The notes under the pieces: generated by a model
The model's input: only the letters and a program-made list of their open reading frames with translations
Told to the model about the DNA's origin: nothing
Database searches by the model: none
Shown here: piece by piece, positions 17,601 through 27,700 of the stretch
How positions within the stretch are numbered: position 1 is the first letter of the stretch
How the letters are laid out: every line of letters starts with the position of its first letter
Program-made: the position numbers and the translations under genes
Source: Candidatus Lokiarchaeum ossiferum
GTDB lineage: Archaea > Asgardarchaeota > Lokiarchaeia > Sigyniarchaeales > Promethearchaeaceae
Length of the DNA stretch: 32,000 nt
NCBI GenBank assembly: GCA_025839675.1
Contig: CP104013.1
Coordinates: 5,250,001-5,282,000, forward strand
Direction: 5' to 3'

Positions 17601-18144
17601 AATCTGTATAGTATGTATCAAAAATAATTGATTTTGCATTTAAATAATCACTATTACTCTCAAATTCATCATCTTTATAATCATCTATGTATAAATGGTA
17701 ATAATCTTCTGTTCCCCCAAGAAATTCTACCAATATATAATAAGTTTCTGTCGCAGGAATATTTTCTATATAAATATGTGCAGAAAAATCACCTATTTCT
17801 CTTATTCCTACTTCAGTAGTTCCATCTTCTCGATATAAATGAATATCATATAGACAAATTTCTTCTTCAACATAGAAAATAATACTTACATTTTGATTCA
17901 ATATTAGATCAATAGACCACCAATCATCATTATCAAGATATCCATAATCATTTGTATATTTAGAAATTGATGTGGCATCACCTAAATTATCGTTAGGTTC
18001 AGTTTCAAATGAAGATTTTACCGTGAGATTCAACAAGTTTTGATTCACATATTGCATACCTGAAAACACAGTTACAAAACTCATAAAAAAGAAAATTGAA
18101 AAAAATATCAATCCAAAATTTCTTTTTTTATCTTTTTTATACAT
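14632..18144 (-). CDS. Large mosaic cell-surface protein: signal/TM, 2 PPC-like, 4 FN3-like, 1 NIDO-like and 3 Ig-like modules, then a C-terminal TM anchor
   Basis: 1170-aa ORF. N-terminal FGLIFFSIFFFMSFVTVFSG; C-terminal FIIGGASGVIVLSSVVVLIIL followed by KKKKK. Domain blocks are listed separately. It has many N-x-S/T sequons. Confidence 0.85.
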   Translation of the reverse strand: MYKKDKKRNFGLIFFSIFFFMSFVTVFSGMQYVNQNLLNLTVKSSFETEPNDNLGDATSISKYTNDYGYLDNDDWWSIDLILNQNVSIIFYVEEEICLYDIHLYREDGTTEVGIREIGDFSAHIYIENIPATETYYILVEFLGGTEDYYHLYIDDYKDDEFESNSDYLNAKSIIFDTYYTDLYCLDDDYYKIELLENWNLTFYCLNSYEYANLQIEILDGDGVTILNSTPFLIDDIYQYSHIIELKSIPTTGTYYIHIFSSEGKSRYDMYPVVDGDQIDTPVLQSVSKRYNDNGDVIITWSSIEEASIYYIYRSQSEITSITGLLPIGFTDDWFKTQYIDKVPDGTYYYVIVAGNGLINSTISNCKNITIQQILLNRPNLYEIDPNPDLDGDITLVWDLITGEGEIEYIIFRNTSIIDSISNLSPIGTTSYNFYHDIVSVDDTYYYVVISTNSTVNSSISDCEQVEVTLSVPNPTTLSTISPNPDNDGDIYLTWQIMPEVSNYHIFRDTSIITDVSSSLPIATVDDDENVFIDIVPSEDEYYYVICAENINGNSSISNCEQVEVIYDIPSAPIVNEINPNPNYDGLISLFWNDQIDINYYHIFREISEIDDISGLTPLITIGGTINEYHDIVFENQTYYYAIVAENSYGNSTISENQSVNCIIYPMYEYTAYNNTGFQWIEPLNQKEITFEDGGEYLEILHFNFTLFNREVSSLYISLRGYIRAFESKINDSISSFPSTSENTSYVIAPYLSNVEISEDSKVFVNSQDSYIVISWMNFTLESSNMMIGDFQAIIWENGDICFNYRSINISNEEYIIGLNYGNKLYGNNFNEIEDMDENYSIFFKINKTIVNEKPILNSYEDIIIEFNNTDRILTWYVQDNSTLNQSYELFIDNSSVNNDIINNPDYWTNILPISLSLESLSIGLHNITIKVFDGLGEEINDTLMVNVINLAPTVFTPNNASYAFLSNFKISWIISDSYCPSGTFIIFENDIIILTGSWNEGQNSINISLSGIIEGENNYTLYLSDGAGGEQYNSVFITIQQNNIPQISDPMYDMISTNIISNITWSITDPEFDLDTKFTIYVNGTEYSTGSWESGDSIILNVDNWESGTYEVKIVIEDGYGKSNEKSIIITILENEDNSNNLTYFIIGGASGVIVLSSVVVLIILKKKKK
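14749..15591 (-). repeat. Three tandem ~95-aa Ig-like modules (aa ~852-1132)
   Basis: A recurrent pattern appears three times: ..I.W.v.D......y.i..n........W..g..i.i....l..G.hN/Y.i.v.DG.G......v.i. The copies are RILTWYVQDN...GLHNITIKVFDGLGEEIN; KISWIISDSY...GENNYTLYLSDGAGGEQY; NITWSITDPE...GTYEVKIVIEDGYGKSNE. Confidence 0.6.
15715..16062 (-). other. NIDO-like (nidogen-type) extracellular domain pattern (aa ~695-810)
   Basis: By-eye match to the NIDO consensus order: FNFTLFNREVSSLYISLRGYIRAF (fpFfG..y.sLyVs.NG.isF); SFPSTSENTSYVIAPYLSNVEI (fP.....liAPfwaDvd); YIVISWMNF (vvvTWe.V); GDFQAIIWENGDICFNYRSI (NtFQavL.tDG..sF.iFnY..i). Confidence 0.45.
16159..17307 (-). repeat. Four tandem ~95-aa FN3-like repeats (aa ~280-662)
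   Basis: Each unit reads P....i.PNPd.DGdI.L.W......i..Y.IFR....I.....l.Pi.........D.v.....YYYv..A.N..GNSsiS.c..V. For example NPDLDGDITLVWD...YIIFRNTS...TYYYVVISTNSTVNSSISDCEQVEV and NPDNDGDIYLTWQ...YHIFRDTS...EYYYVICAENINGNSSISNCEQVEV. Confidence 0.75.
17335..18003 (-). other. Two tandem PPC-like (pre-peptidase C-terminal type) domains (aa ~48-270)
   Basis: The first copy opens with the hallmark EPNDNLGDATSI, continues with ..DWWSIDL...LYREDG and ends in ETYYILVEFLGGTEDYYHLYI. The second runs FESNSDYLNAKSI...DDDYYKIEL...ILDGDG...GTYYIHIFSSEGKSRYDMY. Confidence 0.55.
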
Positions 18145-18700
18145 GGTTTCAATTACTTCATTTAACTTTTTAAATTTTAATTTTTTTTTTTAAATCCATT
18201 TTTTCATAAAATTAATTACCCCATTGTATAAAACTTTTGATTCTTGACCAACCAGAGTGTCTAATTGTGAAAAATGGCATGATCTTAGCAAATAACTCGT
18301 CTTTCTGGTTTGGAAAAACTCTAAGCGGTTATCCTGTCTTCTTACTCGACACTATTTGGCGTCCATGATTCACTTTTCATGATACATATATCATGTCGAT
18401 ATGTCTCTGTGGTCTGAAATCGGTCATTCACTCCTAATTGCCCGAGAACATGTCTAAAATTCTATAATATTGTCTTCACCCGCATTATCCTATCTTTTGG
18501 CTCCTGAAAGTGAAAAAAATCTGGTTATGGTGTTTAGTGAATTGACTTGGTGACACATTTTGCTTTCATAATTTTGAATAGTTGTTCGAAATTCGTAAAT
18601 CAGGTAAAAATTTCTATTGTTATTTGAAATGTGATTACAAAATTGAAGGAAAAAAAAATGGGAGACGTATTTTTGTCGGGCACTTTTAACCATATACATT

Positions 18701-18708
18701 TTTATATA
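18701..18708 (+). promoter_or_regulatory. Candidate TATA box (tttatata) for the giant ORF
   Basis: It lies 44 nt upstream of the ATG at 18752, which would put a TSS ~20 nt before the start. An aagga SD-like element sits at ~18738-18742. TATA-like strings are frequent in this AT-rich DNA. Confidence 0.3.
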
Positions 18709-18751
18709 AAAAACTGTAAATTAAAACCATAGATTATAAGGACAGAATTTT

Positions 18752-21700
18752 ATGGTTCTAATAAAAAAACAACTAATGAAAAGAAAGATAATGGCTTTCT
18801 TTATTTTAAATTTATTTACGGTATCAACGGCTTTTGATATATTGGCCTCAGGATGTCCTTTTCCAGAGAATATGGAAATTGATTTAAATTTGGGTTATGG
18901 GGTTGAAGATAATTTAACCGGATGGATTGATGGAAAGTTTAAAATTAGAATATATGACGATTTGATTATAAATTGGACTGATAATAAATCTGGATATCGT
19001 AAAATAACGATATGGAATGATGAAGGTAGAAGTATTTTTAGTGATTTTTATTTTTCTCGGGGAGGAGATCAACAATATGTTATTCATCTCGATCCAAATA
19101 ATAATAATTATAATAATTTTCAACCAGGTGAAAATTATTCTTTACAAATCTGCAATTTAATTCACTATTTCTCACCAATTGTTAAATCTTGTTCTGATCT
19201 TATTAATTTTGAAATTATTAAAGCAAAATCACAACTACAATTTATTGAAAATTTAGATTTTGATTCAAATAATCTTGATATGGGGGTTTATATTATTGAT
19301 AAATCAGGATTTCCTGTTGATCCCCATTTTCTCTACAAATATGAAATTGTACTAGCAAATTATTACGAACCACAAAAAAAATTAGCTTTTGAACCAATAA
19401 ATCTTGATTATATAAATCCTAATACGAACAACTATGAAGCAATTACATTTGGAGTTACTGATATAAATGGATTGTTTGAATATGAAGAAAATAAAAACAA
19501 TATTCCTCAAAATTACATTGTAAGATGGAATTATTGTGGAAGTGATTTATATGAAAGTGCATCAATTGTAGATTCTCTTGATTTTGAACATATTTTTTCT
19601 CCATTTGACTATACAGGACCTGATCCTATTGGTGATGATCCTTCTGATGGCAATATTAATTCTTTATCCAATTCTTCTTATTCCTATACCGGGTTAAGAA
19701 AATATTATTCTTGGATAAATGTAACTGAATCCGAATTACAAGGATTTAATTTAGATGATGTCTCAACGTGTTATTATCAATTTGGAGTGTCTGAAGATAG
19801 AGATTCATTATATGTTGGAACAATTTCAAATTTTGATTTTAAGGGAAAATTAATCTCCCCAACTGTTTATTATTATGGAGATGAAGTAAATTATGCAAGT
19901 TTATCCGTAAATTTTGAAGCCTTTAGAGAAGTCAATAAAGATAAAGATCATGTTCCTCATTCAGAGATTTTCAATATTGATGTATTATTATTAGATGAAT
20001 ATGGATCAATACTCGAAAGACAAGACTTATTCAATGGAAATAATACAGATTTTATAACTAAAAAAATATCCTTCAATGAAATTCATTTCAATGAACCCAA
20101 AAAATTCAGAATTGGTTTTGATATATCAATAAATGTTTTTAATAAACACACATGTTGGGATTATTCTGATGAATTTTATTTTTGCATTAGAGAAATAGAT
20201 ATTGACATTATGAATAAAAATGCTCAATGGGCACAAAGTTCAAATTTAGATGACTGGTATGGATATACTTTTTCTGAAAATACAAAAAAAATTAAGTATT
20301 CTGAATTAAATAATGGAGAATATGAATATTTAGCAAATTATCCAGCAGAAAATTGTTTTAATAATACTGAAAATTTGTGGGAAATGCCATTAAATAGTTT
20401 GCTTGATTCTTCAGTTCCTTATACTACAGGAATCCAAAATTATAAATTTGATGAAGATCCTTTTACAAATTCAATTAACACATGGGGTTTAAGTTCAAAT
20501 AATGATGGATTTGATTTTGCTGGAGGATATGTATCTGATATTGGATCTTATTATGACTATTTTTCAAATGGAAACTTAAATACGGAAGGAATTGAATTTA
20601 ATTACCTTGATTTCATAAGATCAGGTCGTAAAACTTATCATAATTTACCATCGTTTAGTTTTGAAAATGTTAAATATCGTAATAAATGGGCAGGTATGTC
20701 AATCCCATTTTCATTATCTGATTTAGGAGATCTATATTCATATAAAGAACTTTTTATTCAATATGACGTTGGTTCTAACCCTGTAACTTGTACTGGATTA
20801 AATTATGAAATAAAAACATTATTAGTCAAACCAGATAATTCGATAATAGAATTGCATAGTCAAAACCATAATCATTTTTATTTTAAATCATTTCAGCATT
20901 CTTTAGAATCATTAGAACCTGGAAATTATCAACTAGTTTTCATAGCTGAGACAGCAAACTGGCATTCCGAAAAAAACATAGATATCTTCTTTGATAATAT
21001 TAAACTAAAATCAACTTTAGAAATTAAAAAAAATGCCTATTCATTTATCGCTAATTCTGGAACTGTAATACCAGAAAATAATGGACCATTATATCTTGAT
21101 GGAGAATTTACAATTAGAAACCAGATTAATTTTACTGAAAATTCAATAAATCAATCTAATTTAGATTTGAAAATTGTGTATGAAAATAAAAAAATAATTA
21201 ATTCATTAGATGATGGAGACGCTGATTTTGCTATTTTTTTTATTCCTATAGAAAATCACACTATTGAACTGGATTCTTATATGATTACAAGCGAGTTTTT
21301 TGATAGTAATTATATAAAGCAGGATGCTATTGTAGATTTAAATAGTTTAAAGGGTAAAAATATCACCCACTTCAAGATTAGGATAAAAATGCATATCCCC
21401 TCATCGACAAGAGGATATTTGAATTCAGCAGATATGTTTTTATTAACATTTTCTAATTTAACTATAATTTCAAATGACACTATAAATGAGTTCAATTATG
21501 TTAGTGATTTTGATTTATGCTCATTTAAGCAAATTACTCTTGATGTATATGCAAAAAAAGATGCTTCATGTAAAAAATATAATAAAAATAGCGCCATATT
21601 AGCCACTTCAATGCAATATTCTTATAAAGATAGTTATGCCATCGCTTCAGTAATGTCTGAAAGAACAAAATCTTTTGGCTTATCAAATACATATTTTAAA

Positions 21701-24700
21701 GGAGACTTAAATTTAACCATTAAAAAATATATTCAATATCCAACATATTATGATAATCCAATTAATTCAAAATTATACTTCGATCTATATTTGGAAAATT
21801 CTAATGGAAATCTAGTAAAAATTTTTACAGAACTTATTTGGGAATCTGATATTTCATCAATAGATTATTTTGATAATCCAAATATTAATTTGTCATTAAA
21901 TCTCGATAATGTTTTTGAAGAATTTTATAATCTAGGCGAGGAGTATTCTGATGTTTATGTGATATCTTATCGAACAGTATTGTCATCACTTAATGATGGA
22001 TTTATTCCTAAACTTGGAGTTGAAATTCTCAAGAGTTCATTAGTTTTAACCGATCAACCTCCGATAGGGAACTGGATTAATTTAAATTCAGGTGATATAA
22101 TTACTGGAAATAAAATGCTTCAAGTTCAAACATTAACTCACGATTGTAATGGAGTTCGGTTCTTAGGTAGTTCAGATGGTGGATTAACATTCAAAACTAT
22201 TGGAGAAACATATGTTCATGATGAAAATTGGATTTTTGGATACGATTTTAATACTGAAGAGAGTATGATTTTCCCAAAAAATGATGAAGATTTCATTGTC
22301 ATTGCACAATTTATGGATGATTATGAAATTGTCAATATTACATCAATTGAAATAATAATTGATAATTCTCCACCTGTTATTTCTTTTGGAAATTCGCTGA
22401 TTAATGATGATATTTTAGTAGAACCAAGAAATATAAAAATTGATACTAATTCAACAGACATTCAATATATTGAACTATATGCTGAAAAATATGATGAGGA
22501 AGGGCAAAAGTTAGAGAAAATTTTAATAATGACTGATGATGATGGAAACGATGGCTGGGAATTTGACTTTAGTCCGTTATTATTAGAACCTTCTATTTAC
22601 AATTTTAATGCGATCGCGTATGATAGAGCATACTTAGAAGGATTTTGTGAGGCTACAAATTTACTTGTAAATTGGATTGATCCGCATTTTTATTATCCAA
22701 CTCCAGAAAATAATAGTTTTGTTAAAGGAACTATTGATTTTTATTTCAGTATTGGAACACCTTGGATTGATAATATTGTCATTTCTACCGCTTCTATATC
22801 TACGTTTAATATTGAAGATGCTGCTTTTCAAGAATACGTTGTTTTAAATAAAAATTCTACTGAAGATATATATCATTTTGATATAAATTCTAAGGATGTG
22901 TTTGGAGAATTCTCAAATGGCTATTATTATATTGAATTTGAATTTAACGTCAATAGCTATTCGCAGAAACATTATTATTGGCTCTATTTTGATAACCAAC
23001 CTATAGTATGTGATATTTCAATAAGTGATACTGTTAAAATCAATGAACATACAATAGATTTTTCATTATATCAACCATTTTCAGGAAATGAATTTAGCAA
23101 TAAAGTCAATGTCCTTGGTGAAGATAATTGGATTGCGGATAGTTTTCCTTTAAATTTGGAAATTATTCCAGCTTATTATGAAGATTTAGTTTATATCCAA
23201 TATTATTTAGAGATTTATAAAAATAATGATATGGAATCTTTAGGAATCTCAGAAAATCTTAATTATTCATATATAACACAAGATATTTATAAATATCATA
23301 AAAATGACATATTAGCTCGCCAATTGGAAGAATTTTCAAATTATTATCCTTCCCAAATAACTGATGGATATTCATTTTTATTAGATGTTAGTAATGGAAT
23401 ATTACATACATTAGGAGAAATAATAGTAGAAGATAATTTAATTGGAAATAATATTTTATATGATTTTAATCAATATCCATATCTTGCCTATATTATTGAA
23501 TTTTCATCAAATGGATTTCCTATTGAATATGTTAATAATCAAAATGAAATGATGGCCTCATCATTAACTAACTTATTTGATGAAGCCTTTAACGATATCT
23601 TAAATGACAATTTTCAAGGAGCTTATGATATAGTTTTGAAAAAAATCAAACCTATATTAACTGGATTAACTACAAATGAAAAAGAAATTCCTTGGACTAC
23701 TCCAGAACGAATATTGATATCTGAATTTAATAATAAAGAAGACATTCAACCTAATCCGAGAATCGATCTATCACATTATCCAGATTGTTATTTTTCATTT
23801 GCAATTGATACGGAAGATAAAGTAGGGAATAAAGCAATTTATTCTACAGAATTATATTTGTTGGATAAAGGAAATCCAAAATCATTAATTGTTTACCCAG
23901 AGTTTAACGAACAAGTAATTCTTCCTGTAAATTTGAATACTAACGAGGAAATTTCCTTGAATTTCTCGATTTATACAAATGATATGGATATTGCTGAACT
24001 CTCATTTAAATCTGCAATAGCATATACAGAATTTTTGGAAAAAAATTTAGATTTATCATTAACACAAATAATGCCGAACCATCTTTCAGAATTTCAAGTT
24101 GTGCTAGATTACGATACTGCATATAGTCTGCTTAATGATTTTACAGATAATCCAACAATTTTTTTTGAAATTGAAATAATCGATCAATTGGGAAAAACTA
24201 GTATTTTAGAATCTGAGTTTTCATGTGTTGAGCAATATGATTACAACTCTCCAAATATCACCATTATTCAAGCACCTAATAATGAAATAACATATACAGG
24301 GGGATTTGATTTAATCTTGGATATTGATGATGTTGATGAAAATGGAAACGAAGGTTCAGGTGTTAAATATATTGAATTATGGGTTAATGAAATAAATAAT
24401 AATTTTGGTCCTGGGGAAATTAATTTTCCGATAATGCGATGGCATTCAATATTAGAACAAAATAAAAAAATATATCCTGAAATTTTTAATAATTTCTTAG
24501 GTTTAGTTTTAGAACCTGAAAATGATGGATATTATCACATTAATCCATGGAATATGTCAGGAAGATATATGGATTTATCAAATTATTCTAATGGTGATTT
24601 TGAGTTCTATATTAAAGTATATGATAATAATTGGAATTATGAAATTATAGAAATAAATGCCAATATAATTATGCCTCAATTTAATATTAAACCGAATTAC

Positions 24701-27700
24701 CCAATTCATACAGATGGTACTTCAAACTCATTAAACTTTAAACTCATAGATTTTGGTAATTCCATTTTGGATATTGAATATATTCTTCATAATGATGATA
24801 TGAGTATAAATGCGATCTCTTCTGATGGAATATTTACTGGTTTAAATAATCAAACTACATATTATTTTGATTTCAAAATATCACAATTAGATGGTTCTAT
24901 TATTTCAAATAATCATACATTTGAATATCCAGAAAAAATATCTAAAGAAATCTATGGGATTTCTTCAAATACTATTCAAAATTATTATCTTCCTTATTCC
25001 ATTCCAATCGATAATAGTGTCCCTTATGAATTTTCATTCACAATACAAAATGATGATGTTATTCAAGATTATTATGTATTAGAAGCTAATTGGCTTGGAG
25101 AAGGAATTGTAGAAGAGAAAATTTTGTATGTCGATGGCAAAATAGCCGATTCTGTTGAAGAATTATCTGCCATTTCGATTAACAATAATGCAAAATATTT
25201 AATCAATACTTATGAACTGAAAGATGGAAATCATAATTTCAGTTTAGAAGTTTTATTTAATAATCAAAACTCTGAAAACAGTTCCATAGTTAATTTTATT
25301 GTAGATAATTCTCTTCCCTTATGGATTTCGAGTGGATTTTGGATAAATAATATTTCTCAATATTCCATTCCATCAAATTATAATGAAAATCCTATAGTAT
25401 ATACAAATAATCAAGTTGAAATTCAAGTTAATGCATATGACCCCCAATCAAAATTGAAGAATCTCGAAATATGGATTCAAAATGATGAAGGATTAAGTGA
25501 AATCTATAAGGATATTCCTCTTGAAACATCTATTGTAGATTATTCTACATTTTTAACTATAGAAGATTTAAATAATCTATTTATATTTAAAGATGGAAAT
25601 TATATAGTTTGGGTTAAGTTGATTGGAGAATCAGGATTGATTGAATCTCAAATAATAGAATTATCTCTCATGACTGAATTACCAACAGGAAATTTTATAA
25701 ATCCTTATCTACCGACGAATTATGAAAATCAAATCATCAATTTAGATTTTAAAACCGTTATGAATATTGAGTTAATAAAATCTGTGGAGTTTTTTATCCA
25801 AACTCAAGGTAACTTAAATGATTTTGAGCTGAATATAGACTTATTAAAATGGTTAGGTTATGGTTCAATTGAAATGGATTCTTCAGATGAATTTTATTAT
25901 TCATTTGATTATATTAATGATGAATATCATGATACAAATGCAACTTTTTGGGTTAAAATTATTGATAGAGCAGGAAATGTCAACTATATTAGAACAAGTG
26001 ATAATCATTATATCATCCTGTATAAAATTGAACTTGATAATTTTAATGGAATATTATATTTAGATGATAATGAAAATATAAATGGTAACTTAATTAACTA
26101 TGAAAATTCAAGTGCAACTGCTGAATTAAGTATTTTTAATGGGATTTCTTATATACCCCTTGAAGGAACTGAAACTTTAATTGGAGATGGTGGATCTTTT
26201 ACAATAAATTGGGTTGATAATAATCAGAATATTCCAACTGAGTTAACTGAAGGTTTTATTCCAATAAATTGCATAGAATTTTCAGATTATGGAAATTACC
26301 AACTCTATAGTCAAAATTTTGTCCAATCAGGTAAATTTAATAATAGTGACAACTATCAGATCGCTTTAATAACAGGTAATTCAAATCCATTTTTGTATAT
26401 ATTTGATCATTCCCTCTCGAGTATTTATGAATGGGATGTAAAATCTGTTGAAATTGGTAATATTGGTTCAAATGTAATTCAGGTCAATAATTGGGATGTT
26501 GATAACGATGGGTTTAATGAGTTAGTTATTTTATCCGATATGTGTCTGACCGTTATAGATTGGAACACAGAATATGCTATTTGGCAAATTAATACATATC
26601 CATTTTCAAATAACAACCATATTAACGATTTATCAATAACTGAACAGTATCCAATTAATATGGATTATAATTCAACCCATATAATAATAGGATTTAAAAA
26701 CACAATATATTCCTTTTCAATTGATGCTAATTTAGCGATGGAATTACACGAATTATGGGAAATCCCTTCAGGTGAAGAATTAATTCAATTTACTTACAAT
26801 GAAATTATTGGTTTTGCAACTTTATTAATTATTACAAAACAATCAATATATTATTTGAAAGATAAATCTTGGAATTTGATATTTAGTACATCATATAATT
26901 TATTATCTTCTGTTTTTGTTGAAAATTTAGATTTAGATCCGGAAAACGAAATAATATTTGGAGTATTAAGCAATTTTGGAACTGATATTGTTCAAGCCAA
27001 ATACAATTATGAATTTAATGGATGGGAATTTGTCTCTACAGTTCTTTTTTCAAATTTAAATAAAATATATGATATAAAAATGGGGCATTTATCAAATACA
27101 AATTTAGGAAATATCGTAATTGCTTCCAATGAAGGATTATCTATTGTAAATCCTCCATATCTTGAAAAAAAGCAGGAATATGGCCTTGATCCAACTAATA
27201 TTGTCACTACGAATGAATCTCATAATGGAATTTATGAAGATTATTATTCTGATATAAATCAATATAAATATTCTGCAGAAAAAGGCTATATGAGTGCAGA
27301 ATTTCCAACAAGTATTACAAAAACAGAGAATTTATTGTCGATATCTGCACCCCAAGCATCGGAACAAAAATATGTATCACCTAAACATTTCTTGTCAACA
27401 GCGACAACATCAAATTCGAGATTATCAAGTAAGATTGACACAGGTATTAATTCAAATAACTATTTTGCATCATCGATCATTAATTCTTTTTCCGGTGGCT
27501 CTACATCTGAATTCAATGGTTTAACTCAAGATGAATTAGATTCCTATCCCTGGAATACAAAATATTTTGGATATTCGTTCGTCAACCATGATTATATTAA
27601 AAATAGTTATTTTAATACTGAATCAAGTAACACAGTAATAACAACGAGTGAAGGTGCGCAAGGATATTTTGAAGATTACAATAATCTTAAAGGATCAATC

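Noticed and set aside
18121-18144. Homopolymer A/T runs in the first codons of both divergent surface genes (A7/A6 in MYKKDKKR at 18121-18144; A7 at 18762-18768) as possible phase-variation switches. There is also a T9 run at the KKKKK tail around 14642-14650.
   Set aside because: They encode the Lys-rich n-regions or tails expected for signal and anchor sequences in an AT-rich genome. Comparable runs occur throughout the window. There is no evidence of length heterogeneity.
18362-18417. Possible C/D-box sRNA: catgatt / catgata C-box-like strings and a ctga D-box at 18414-18417.
   Set aside because: The C-box matches are imperfect (not RUGAUGA), no D-prime box lies between them, and the spacing is wrong. 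The minus strand is no better.
18490-18699. 69-aa minus-strand ORF in the 607-bp spacer, and a 29-aa plus-strand ORF at 18279-18368.
   Set aside because: Neither has an RBS or promoter context or any recognisable motif. The composition is odd and stops crowd all neighbouring frames. They are probably noncoding.
24891-27524. Track ORFs 24891-25082, 25860-26063 and 27294-27524 (+), plus minus-strand ORFs 18914-19123, 21310-21495, 27007-27207 and 30118-30303.
   Set aside because: All are in frames other than the 13.2-kb open frame, and at 76 aa or less they are short shadow ORFs inside the giant gene.
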